From Lytechinus pictus (taxonomy: Eukaryota), in assembly GCF_037042905.1 (NCBI RefSeq), contig NC_087251.1:2544001-2608000 (forward strand): a stretch of 64,000 nt of DNA. The letters run 5' to 3'. The notes under the pieces are model-generated. The model worked only from the letters and a program-made list of their open reading frames with translations, searched no databases and was not told where the DNA came from. Shown one piece after another: positions 53,917 to 64,000 of this stretch; the stretch's first letter is position 1, and every line of letters begins with the position of its first letter. A program made the translations under genes and the position numbers.

Positions 53917-55406
53917 TTAAGTGATTTGCTTTTACGAATTTCAGTTGGAATTTAATTCCAAATGGCAGGGCCTTGATAAAATACTGCATTGTGAATAATA
54001 CAAAAAGATGACAAGTGAAAGTTTGTTGCATTCGTTATCATATATATATATGTATTGAACTATTAACACACAAATATTGCAAAAATGTCCTTGGTAAAAC
54101 ATTATTGTGGCAAGAATACATGAAAATTGCCATGTTAAAATTATAATCATAGCTTCGACTTTTAGTACTATAATATTTGAAAATGTTGGTTCAGTATGAA
54201 CAAGGAATGGGGCGTGATTTATTATTCTTCCTGCTATTTTTGTGTGTAAAAGGGGTAATCTGTTGATATGAAATTTACAAAAATTTCCCCAGACTTGGTA
54301 TAAAATTAAAATTCCTCTATGAAAGCTGCATGCCTATTGTATACACCAACATTTTTTTGCAATCTTATTACAGATGACACCATCATGTTCACCCCAAATA
54401 AGCTTCTTATCAACAGTTCACCTAAAAATGTTAATGAAGACACCTCTTGAATTGTTTATGTCAATATTATATCTTTCTTATTTTAAAAACAAAAACATAC
54501 ATTACATATATGTGTTCTTGAAGTATTTAATGTTAATTAATCATTGATATTATGTTTATTTGAATATTGTGTTCCAATGAATAAAAGTAAGATCATCAAC
54601 TCATTTAATGCATCATTATTTCTTACCGTGTACAGCAAGTTAACTTATCATAAGGGAGGCATATCAAACGTATGAAAATGAAAATTTTGGAATAATCATG
54701 ATTTCTACATGACATAAGAAGAACTATAAAGCGGGGATGTGACATCATCAGCCCATATAATGAATATTCCTGACAATTAACATGCATTATTTCACAAAAT
54801 ATTGCTTACCTTTAGAATTCAATAACTTTGCTATTTTTTAAATCATACTGTGATTATACTTTAAGCATTGTGTTCAGTGAATTTTATTCTTATTTATTTG
54901 TTTAGATGATAATTTTTGCCCGAAGTACCCCATTGAGGATTGCTTAGTGTTGCAGTGACTTCCGAATTATCTCACCAATCAAAATTAGCACCAATCACCA
55001 ATCAAAATTATCTCACCAATCAAAATGAGAGCGTGAAGCGGGAGCTGCAATTTATAAAACTTTAAAAAACGAAAATTCGAAGGAATAAGCACCTTTTGGA
55101 ATCATGAACAGGATAGGTATCTAAATCAACAATAATTGATGCGAGCGTGAAGTGCGAGCTGAAAGGTTTTGGTATTTCAAACACCGGGCATTTTAAAGAG
55201 AAGTATACGAAAGCGATAGAGCAAACTGGAAACTTGATATTGAACACTTTTTGTAATCATGAACAGGATGATGTATCTCTCATATAACAATAATGAAAAC
55301 TCGAATCACTTGTGCATATTGACTTAAAACAGAATCATGAGAATATTTAATGTTCCATGTTATCTTCCGTGCTATCTCGTTCAATAGGCAAATCCAGCAT
55401 AATTTT

Positions 55407-55932
55407 AGGTCAAGTCCACCTCAGAAAAATGTTGACTTGAATCAATAGAGAAAAATCAAACAAGCACAATGCTGAAAATTTCATCAAAATCGGATGTAAA
55501 ATAAGAAAGTTATGACATTTTAAAGTTTCCCTATTTTTCCACAAAATAGTTTTTTATTGTTTGAATCATACAATATTTCAATTTTTACAAATTTGACAAT
55601 TAGGACCTCCTTGCCTGAACCACAAAATGTTCAAATAATGGAATTCCACATGTTCAGGGAGGAATGAAACTTCGTTTCATATGACAATGAAGAGAAAATA
55701 AAAATATTTCATATTTCATATAATAAAATACAAAAGAAATAGTGAGTGAGTGATGTCATCAGTTCCCTCATTTGCATGCCAACCGAGATGTGCATATAAC
55801 TGTTTTGTGAAATGAAGTGAAACTTTAAAATGTCATATTTTACGTCCGATTTTGATGAAATTTTCAGCATTATGCTTGTTGGATTTTTCTCTTTTTATTC
55901 AAATCAAGTTATTGTTGGGGTGGACTTGTTCT
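55407..55932 (+). mobile_element. TTAA-type MITE, copy B
   Basis: AGGTCAAGTCCACC ... GGGGTGGACTTGTTCT-TTAA; colinear with copy A. Confidence 0.9.
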
Positions 55933-55936
55933 TTAA

Positions 55937-56526
55937 AGGACAAGTCCATCCCAACGAAAAGTTGATTTGAATAAAAAGAGAAAAATCCAACAAACATAAC
56001 ACTGAAAATTTCATCAAAATCGGATGTAAAATAAGAAAGCTATGACATTTTAAAGTTTTGCTTAATTTCACAAAATAGTTATATGCACATCCTGGTGGGT
56101 ATGCAAATGAGTAGACTGATGACGTCATCCACTCACTATTTCTTTTGTATTTTATTATATGAAATAGGGAATATTCTATTTTTCTCCTTGTCAAGTGAAA
56201 CAACGATTAATTCTCCCCTGAACATGTGGAATGAGCATTGTTTAATACTATATGATTCAGTCAAGTTGGTCCTCATTTTCAAATCTATAATAAATGAAAT
56301 ATTGTATAATTCAAACAATAAAAAACAAAAGAAATAGTGAGTGAGGGACATCATCAACTTTCTCATTTGAGTTGTGCATATCACTGTTTTGTGAAAAATT
56401 AGGAAAACTTTAAAGTGTCATAACTTTCTTATTTTTCATCCGATTTTGATGAAATTTTCAGCGTTTTGCTAGTTTGATTTTTCTCTATTTATTCAAATAA
56501 ACATTTTTCTGGGGTGGACTTGACCT
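55937..56526 (-). mobile_element. TTAA-type MITE, copy C (inverted, shares one TTAA with copy B)
   Basis: TTAA-AGGACAAGTCCATCCC ... GGGGTGGACTTGACCT-TTAA. Confidence 0.92.
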
Positions 56527-56824
56527 TTAATGACCTGACAGTTTCTCTGTTTCCAATTATTCCACTCCTTATATCATCTTCACATTTTTCTCTTCATTTC
56601 TTTCTTCGTATTTTTGTCTGTTCCTTCCTTTTTTATTTACCCTTTTCCCCTATTTTCGGCAGAAGGGGGGGGGGTGCGGAGCCGCTCCGGCTCTCTGGAT
56701 CCACATAATTATCGTTACAGGGAAATACAGCAATTGTAGTTTTGGCCTATAGTCTTCTTTATACAAATCATTATAATTGTGTGAATAATTGGGCATGCAT
56801 CGCGAGCGCGTAGCGCCAAGGTGG

Positions 56825-57315
56825 CAGGGGGGGGGGGGGTGCAGTGAAATATATTGCTGTACACATGCGTAACCAAAAAAAGAAAATAGTTTAAAGGGGT
56901 GCATTTTTTAAGTTTTGGACGCGGACCGCGCATGCACTTGTTTAGGGTATCAAAAATACCAATTTTCAAAAAAGGGGTGGTTTTGAAAGACTGGTCAATG
57001 GTCAATCGCGGGGTCAAACGTAGAGTCTATGTAGGGTATGTTTTTTCCAAAGTTTTTTTTAGACTAGGCAAACGCGTTTAGGGTATGTTTTTCCTCGGGG
57101 CTTTTCCTCCTCCTTTCTGAAAAGTGTTTGGGCCTGAGACAAAACTTGTTTAGGTGTCATATTCTGGCGACAACTCGTTTAGGGGCCAAAATGTGCAAAA
57201 TGAAGCCTTGTTTAGCGGGTTATTTTCAACACAGAGGAAAACTCGTTTATAGGGGGGTTGGAAATAATTTGGTCATGTGTACAGCAGTACATTTGACTGC
57301 CCCCCCCCCCCCCGG
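56825..57315 (-). mobile_element. Poly-G/C TIR MITE, inverted sister of 29067-29625
   Basis: Same TIRs and interior in reverse orientation; flanks CAAGGTGG / CAAGGCGG (7/8 TSD). Confidence 0.88.
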
Positions 57316-57594
57316 CAAGGCGGGGAGAGTTATAATGTTAACCGTCTTTTACATCCTTTCTTCACCAGGGGCTCCTTTCCCTTTTTTTTCACCCGTGACT
57401 TTCCCCCATTTTTTCTAATTCATTTAGGTTTCCTTTTTGTTTGGGAGGGATGTCCCCACCAGAAATTTAGTGTAGACTCATTCTTATGCCCCGCCCATGC
57501 TTCCACTGCCTACATTATAACTTTATTTTTTATTTTCTGTATTACTGGTACCTTATTTTCATCCTAATCGATGTGCATGTGCAATTTTTTATTA

Positions 57595-57802
57595 TAAGCA
57601 AAGTTGATTTGAGTAAAAAGAGAAAAATCCCACAAGCATAACGCTGAAAAAAAGAAAGTGATAACAATTTACATGTTTGCTTCATTTCACCAGGGAGTTG
57701 TGATGTATTTCATAACAATTATGTGAACATCCTGGTCGGCAGTGGCGTAACTACGGGAGGGGGGGGGCACGTGCCCCCCAATCGGCTGACCCCCCCCCCC
57801 CC

Positions 57803-57839
<37 letters not shown>

Positions 57840-59150
57840 GGGGAAAAGGAGAAAAAGAGGGAGAAAGGAAGAGAAACGTACTGGGAAAGAAGAAATCATT
57901 GTTCATTATGATGTTTTGTTAAATTATAATTATGTTATGTTATATTACATAAGAAATATCTTTTTCATAACTTTATGAAACATTAACTCAGGGCCTATGT
58001 CTTCATTGTTCTTGGTGCTCGCATTGTCTGTTTAAGAAGATATCTAATCCTGTTGTACTAAAACCTCCCGTTTTCAAGTCAATATACACCAAATATATTT
58101 TTTCGCACTTCGAGATATTGTTTTATGCACAATAGTATGCTTCTTTTTCATGACTACTTAAAGCGATTGCCCAATTTTAAGGTCTTAATATAAAACATTT
58201 CCTGTCCGTGCTTACGTTCGCAATTAGTGGATTGGTGAGGTATAACTCTCCATGAGTTCTTATAGAATCAGTCCTTAAAATGTCCCTTTTTCTGATCTGA
58301 ATGTAAAAAAAATTCAGCTCGCTCTTCGGATAATGATTACACAAATTTGATTATAATGTCCATTTTTAGGTCTGAATATCCAAAATGTTCAGTTCGCGCT
58401 TCGCGCTCGCAATATTTGATTAGTGAGATGCGTATAATGATGATTACAATTACTACAAGCATGACAAGTGCTTAATGCGTTTAGATGCAATACTAACAAA
58501 ATCAGCAAGAGCTTGGCACTCGCATTAGATGACTATGGTGAGATAGTCCTTAAAATCTCCCTGTTTGAGGTCAATATATACAATATATACAAAAATTTCA
58601 GCTCGCGCTTCGCGCTTGCATTGTTTAGTGAGACAGTTACGTATAATGATTACAAAAATTTGAGTCCCTTTTTAGGTCTGAATATCCAATATTTTCAGTT
58701 CGCGCTTCGCGCTCGCATTATTTGATCAGTTAGATACATACGAAGCGCGCTCACTAAATGGCTCAGAATTTTTGCTGGTGCCCCCCCCCCCATGCCGTGA
58801 CCCACAGTACGCCACTGCTGGTCGGTATGCAAATGAGGGGACTATGACGACATCACTCACTATTTTTTTGGTATTTTAATATATTGAATATTGATGTTTC
58901 AAATTTCTCCTCATCGTCACGTGAAGCAAAATTTTCTCTTCTAAACATGTGGCATTGCCATGGTACTAACATTTAATATGTTCAGTCAAGTTGGTCTTTT
59001 ATGTCAAATCTGTAAACATTGAAATATCGTTAAAACTATTTTTTAATGAAAGAAGAAGAAAGAAAAAGTATAAAATGAGGGACATCATTGTCTTTCTCAT
59101 TTTACATGCCATTTTAAGTTGTGAATATAAAGTCTTCACTGTTTTTTTTT
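57595..59150 (-). mobile_element. Decayed TTAA-type MITE, copy D, split by the hAT insertion (boundaries approximate)
   Basis: AAGTTGATTTGA..AAAAGAGAAAAATCC..ACATCCTGGTCGG continues as TATGCAAATGAG..CATCACTCACTATT after 58825, colinear with copy C. Confidence 0.75.
57740..58817. mobile_element. Non-autonomous hAT-type element
   Basis: CAGTGGCGTA / TACGCCACTG TIRs, perfect 8-bp TSD CTGGTCGG (57732-39, 58818-25), internal TCGCGCTTCGCGCTCGC subrepeats. Confidence 0.95.
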
Positions 59151-59378
59151 AAGTATTTGAATTTAATTTTACCATTAATAACCTGCACACAGTTTTCTGT
59201 TGCCAACAGCCCTGGCTGTAGTGATGACAGATTGGAATTAAAGATGTAATAATATTTAACTAGAAAAAAGAAAAGTGATTAAGGAGTAATGAGATAGAAT
59301 CAAATAAATGTGGAGAATATGAAAGAAAAATGAGAGCCAAAGAGAAATGGACTTCGTGCAAATTATATGAAATCTTAA

Positions 59379-59922
59379 AGGTCAAGTCCACCCTATACTT
59401 TTTTATTTGAATAAATAGAGGAAAATCAAACTAGCTAGGCTGAAAATTTCATCAAAATCGGACGTAAAATAAGAAATGTATGATATTTTAAAGTTTCGCT
59501 TCTTTTTCACAAAACAGTGATGTGACATGCACACCTGGGATGCAAACGAGACAGTTTATAACCCTAACTCACTATTTAATTTGTTTGTTATTGTTTGAAT
59601 TGTGCAATAAGGACCAAGTTAACTGAACCATAGTAATAAAAAAGCTGATTCAACATGTTCAGGGAGGAATTGGTCGTTGTTTCATTTGACATGAGGAGAA
59701 AATTAGAATATTTCACATAATCAAATGCAAAAAAGTGGATAGTCTCCTCATTTGCAAATCGGACCAGGATGTGGAAAACTGTATGTGAAATTAACCGAAA
59801 CTTTAAAATGTGATTAAACTTTCTTATTTAACATTCGATTTTGAGGACATTTTCAGTGTTATAAAATGTTGGATTTTCCTTTTTTTATTCAAATCAACTT
59901 CTTTGTTGGGTGAACTTGTCCT
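59379..59922 (+). mobile_element. TTAA-type MITE, copy E (more diverged)
   Basis: TTAA-AGGTCAAGTCCACCC ... GGGTGAACTTGTCCT. Confidence 0.85.
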
Positions 59923-60224
59923 TGATCCTTAGTTATATTCATAATCTATTATAGGGCTAATAAAATACATGAAGGAAGTTCCAACCTATATAAAGTGAAA
60001 AAATGACCCGACAGAAAGATATAAAGAAACTGTTTGAAGAATATTGGTATTGGAACAAACTATAATGAGCCAATACAAGAAATAGACATTTGTATAGCTT
60101 ACGTGTACTTCCCTTCTTAGGACTGGAAGATGTTGTTCTAGCAGGGATATGTGACTATTTCCTATGGTATGGCCTACAGTAGGCCCTATAATTATAACAT
60201 GGACCTAGGTCCATGATTATAATG

Positions 60225-60710
60225 ACCACTTCTGCATTTGGATGTAGACCACAAGATCCCTGGAGGGTTTTCTGGGCATGGGACATTGTTTATGTTGGAT
60301 TAACTACTGGTTAAATCGTATCTGAGTTATCAATTATCTTCTCACTGGGCACTGGTAGCAGTTCCCCTGGGAGGCTGATTGACAATGTTTACTAGCCAAT
60401 GGAAAGTGACTCTGAAAGAAGGAGGTGGGTCCAGATTTGGAGCGTGAGAAATGATTTTTGGAAGATTATGCAGACCCTGTATTGGAACAGCAAGTTTTGT
60501 ATGTGCTAGTCTTTGCGTGGAGGCACACTTGTTGATCATAGTTCCAATCAGGGTCTGTGCCTGCAGACTACTCATCGACGATGGTCATATTCAATAACAA
60601 CACTGACAGCAGTGTTGTCTTATTCCTTCGCAAAATGTGAGCAAATAGCATTTCTTTCCTCCTTCTCTCTCCCTCTCTCTCTCTGTCGTTGCCTCCTACT
60701 CCGCCATCAT
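60225..60710 (-). pseudogene. Possible N-terminal remnant of the Harbinger element's second (transposase) gene
   Basis: GC-richer, coding-like sequence reading inward from the right TIR: MMAE*RQRQRERERRRKEMLFAHILRR.. and PGILWSTSKCRS; no DDE core visible. Confidence 0.3.
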
Positions 60711-61291
60711 ATTTAACGAAGAATACATCACTTCTTCACTCGCTGAGCTGAGAGGATTGTTGCATAACACCGGTTGAATTCGGCGAAAGTGCTAGTGAAA
60801 GGAGTACATTGCTTGCATATATCGCGGGAAGTTATTCAAAAGCGCGGGCCGTTGAAACTCCAAGATCCGAAAGTGCGCATGCTCGTAATATCGGGCTTGT
60901 TGCCTCGCTCGAGCAGGAATCGCTGTCGTGGGATGGTGCAGACGGGGTTTCTTGAATCTCGAGATTAATCGCGAAGAGGGCTGATCGGGCTAAAATCTCG
61001 AGATTGAGCAAACTCGGGATGGTGCAGCACCGCCTACTGTAACCAGAAATCCATTGATTGTTCATACTATCTACCATAGTTTCCAGCCCACATAGTCCAT
61101 TTTTGTTTGCTTCAGAGTCTTGTTACATCTACAGGTAGTATATGTTGACAAGAGTATAGATGACTCTTTCATAGAGCTATTTTTTTCTTTAAAAATAATT
61201 TATTGTTGAGAACCAGAATGGTTCATGTAGGGTGAAAAGGATAGGCCTGTAATTCAAGATGAGCAAACTTAAATGGGGGGGGGGGGAATTA

Positions 61292-61786
61292 TACTCCGTT
61301 TAGATCCACCTCTCCTATCTCTCGTGTCATACTAGACAATCATCTGGAGTGAACACGGCATGAAATTCCTTATCAAAACACGAGGGGCCGTTTGGATCAT
61401 CTGCGGTAATCGCGAGGTACATCGTTTCCCTTTGGACTCGCGAATTGCGTTGTCATGGCAAAATGTCAATCGAGGGAGAAAGTGCGTGCTGCACAACGAT
61501 CGAGACCATGCGCTCAGATAAAGGACCGTTTTCTATATGCCGAGTTTATGCTGAGACCGTTTAGATCTACAGACCAACAGTGGATCACGCCGTGTAATCT
61601 TGCGATAGTGCTAGACTGTCTAGGGTGTATTTTCCTTCGGATTCAGATTTTCAGATTCGTGCTTTGTCCTATCATGGACCCTACACGGTCCTATGTGCCG
61701 AGACCGTTAAGATCCAACAACTCATCTAGAATGACCTGCGGTAACCTCCGGAGGTACTCCAGAGTTTTGGTAGATCTAAACGGGTA
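61292..61786. mobile_element. PIF/Harbinger-type MITE
   Basis: TACTCCGTTTAGATCCACC / GGTAGATCTAAACGGGTA TIRs, TTA TSD (61289-91, 61787-89), internal GACCGTTTAGATC repeats. Confidence 0.88.
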
Positions 61787-62159
61787 TTAGTGTATTTGTA
61801 GTAAAAAATTGTTGTTGATTGCATGATACTATAAATGTAATTTGTTCAGTAGTGGGGAAGTTGCCCCTTCAACTGCTTTGTCAGCTAGGATTGAAATGAT
61901 TACAAATACTGATGTTCATTTAAGAATACTTCTTCAAAATATTACAATATGAAACATTAATATGGGTTCTATATAAGCTATAATTCACCTGGTTATATCA
62001 ATTCAAGAGAATTTTTTTCATATCTAATGAAGATATCAAAAGAGATATTAAAAAAACAGATTTTTAATTATATATATTTCTAATATTGTTTCTAAAGAGT
62101 GAGACTTTTAGATTATAGTTGTTAATCTACAATCATATCTAATGAAGACCACGACGCGT

Positions 62160-62433
62160 GGGCGTGTCGTGGTCTCGTGGTTCTGACTCTCGTCTTTCAA
62201 ACAGAGGGTCGTGGGTTCGAATCCTAGCCATGGCGTGTTTTCCTTCAGCAAGAAATTTATCCACACTGTGCTGCACTCGACCCAGGTGAGGTAAATGGGT
62301 ACCGGCAGGAAGTAATTTCTCAAAAAGCTGTGTGCACCAGAATCGGTAGACTAGCTTAGCCGGGATAATATAAGAGCGCCTTGAGCACCTAGCAAGGTGG
62401 ATACGCACGCTATACAAATCCTATATTATTATT
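62160..62433 (+). mobile_element. Full-length young tRNA-derived SINE with L2-like tail
   Basis: A box TGGTCTCGTGG, B box GGTTCGAATCC, core CACTCGACCCAGGTGAGGTAAATGGGTACC, tail GAGCGCCTTGAG..CGCTATACAAAT..(ATT)n. Confidence 0.92.
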
Positions 62434-62937
62434 AATCATTAATGTTCAGGTGTCAGTGTGAGATTCATAAAGCTTAATATTATCCTTAATCAGATTCAAA
62501 CTTATTTCCACAATGAAGCTACTGTGAGCTTATCGAGACATGAAATATAAATTTCATGGTTACCTTCCTTTCATTATTCTATTTTGTAATTCATTTATTT
62601 CTTGTAATATCTTAGTTCGACTGTGGTTTTTATAATTGTTGGTTATGATTTATCTAGTTAGTAAGGGGAAAAAAGCAAGAAATCCTCTCTCTCTCTCTCT
62701 TTCTTGCTGGTGAACCACATATGCCAATGTCCCTGGTTATTTATGAATAGAAACAGTTATGATGTGGCTAGATTTAATCCTCCAAATAAGTAAAGATTTC
62801 TCTACAATCTTTTTCTCCTCTCATACCAATGAATACATCATCACATTTAATCCACGAATTGCTTTATTCATGATTTTGTTCTATTGACAGAATAGAAGTG
62901 AAATAGTGAGGGTGGTGTTTTCAGTCTGTTTAACAAT

Positions 62938-63379
62938 AGGTGGTTTCAAACTGCCTCCATCACAAGAATCCCGGTTAAATTATGAGAACTTTTTCAGGCT
63001 AAAAAATACCTGTTGATTATTTGTGCATTCACACTGCCCCAAAACATACTCTTCTTAAGTTCCTGAAGTTATAAGCATGAGCAGTATGGTCTGATAAGCA
63101 AGCAAGGTGTGACATTCAAAATCACTAGCTCAGACGGTAGCCACCCATGGTGCCTGCGCCCAAACTACACGCTGGGCTAAAAGTTCCTGTAATTTGCTTC
63201 CACAAATCACACTGCCAAAATACCTGCGACCTTGGAAATATCCCCGCAAAATTTCTTGTAATTTAGTCAAATAGCTACTATTTTGCGGGTATTTTCTTTC
63301 GGGGAGATTATACATAATTTACTTTCACACTGCCAAAATACCTGGAACTGACAATTTTCGAGGCGGTCTGAAACCACCT
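62938..63379. mobile_element. PIF/Harbinger-type MITE
   Basis: AGGTGGTTTCAAACTGCCTC / GAGGCGGTCTGAAACCACCT TIRs, AAT TSD (62935-37, 63380-82), internal TCACACTGCC repeats. Confidence 0.9.
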
Positions 63380-64000
63380 AATGTAGATGTTTGCCAGGGA
63401 CCAAGTTTCCTCAGAAATAGCATCATTACTTTACTCAAAATTAGGGTCAGGTCTGAAATTTGATAGGAAACATGTTTGTCTGGTACTTTATATCTGCCAA
63501 ATCAATTCCAGGATGAAATATTACACATCCTATTTATCTTGAAAGCTTGAAGTTAGATCTCAACTCACTCAGCTTCTTTCAACTAGCAAATTATTTTGTG
63601 AAATTGAATAAGGAAAGAGTACTGTGAAGCAGTTGAATTTATGATAATGTCTTGAATTCCATTGCTTGAATCAGTTTACAATTTCATGAAATGCTCTCTG
63701 GAGGGTTGGGAATCTGCTGATCCCAACAAAATCTCAGTAAAAATAAACTCTCTAAACTATACCCTTCCTTTTTAGAAAAAAAAATGTGTGTGGGTCTTAA
63801 AGATGGATCGCATGAATTACTTGGAATCAACAGTTTCATTATTCTATGAATAGAAAAAAGGCTGCAGTTTGTACAGAAAATATGTAGCCTATATTTTAAT
63901 GAAATATTGCTCATCAGTAATGTATTTGGTGACCTGCGTGAAATATTCATGAAGTAATGGTATTACACTAAACTAACTATAATTTCATATTACATTGACC

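Larger units (their letters stand above)
51715..61035. mobile_element. ~9.3-kb defective PIF/Harbinger-type transposon with nested or captured interior
   Basis: Left AGGGCCGTCTGCACCATCCCGAAGTTT and right AAACTCGGGATGGTGCAGCACCGCCT are inverted repeats; ACT on both flanks (51712-14, 61036-38); both arms share ATCTCGAGAT and GGTGCAGACG subterminal repeats. Confidence 0.8.

Noticed and set aside
54966..55026. Cluster of four CCAAT boxes as a promoter
   Set aside because: It is a local duplication of a transposon subrepeat (CACCAATCAAAAT-GCGAGCG..), also seen inverted at 58390-58730.
62160..62235. tRNA gene
   Set aside because: A and B boxes are present but run into a SINE core and L2-type tail, with no clean acceptor stem or poly-T terminator.

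Overview
AT-rich eukaryotic non-coding DNA, probably intronic. The repeat content (tRNA-SINE with L2-type tail, DINE-1/HINE-like elements, many TTAA- and 3-bp-TSD MITEs) suggests a marine invertebrate, most likely a sea urchin; this is an inference, not a database match. I see no intact protein-coding gene, and the ORF-track entries are short chance or low-complexity ORFs. Unique sequence is visibly CpG-poor while young insertions are CpG-rich. The window is a layered record of transposon insertions. Highlights: (1) a ~9.3-kb PIF/Harbinger-type element (51715-61035, ACT TSD) with convergent gene remnants at its ends and an interior packed with other MITEs; (2) a frameshifted tyrosine-recombinase fossil on the minus strand (~25.9-27.7 kb) that the ORF track misses; (3) a hairpin element with an internal region complementary to both ends (37147-37690); (4) two Helentron/HINE-like elements with 163-bp internal arrays and co-varying subterminal repeats; (5) 18-bp and 53-bp micro-insertions with apparent TSDs; (6) one plausible small exon at 2993-3074. 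Superfamily labels come from TIR/TSD rules read by eye.
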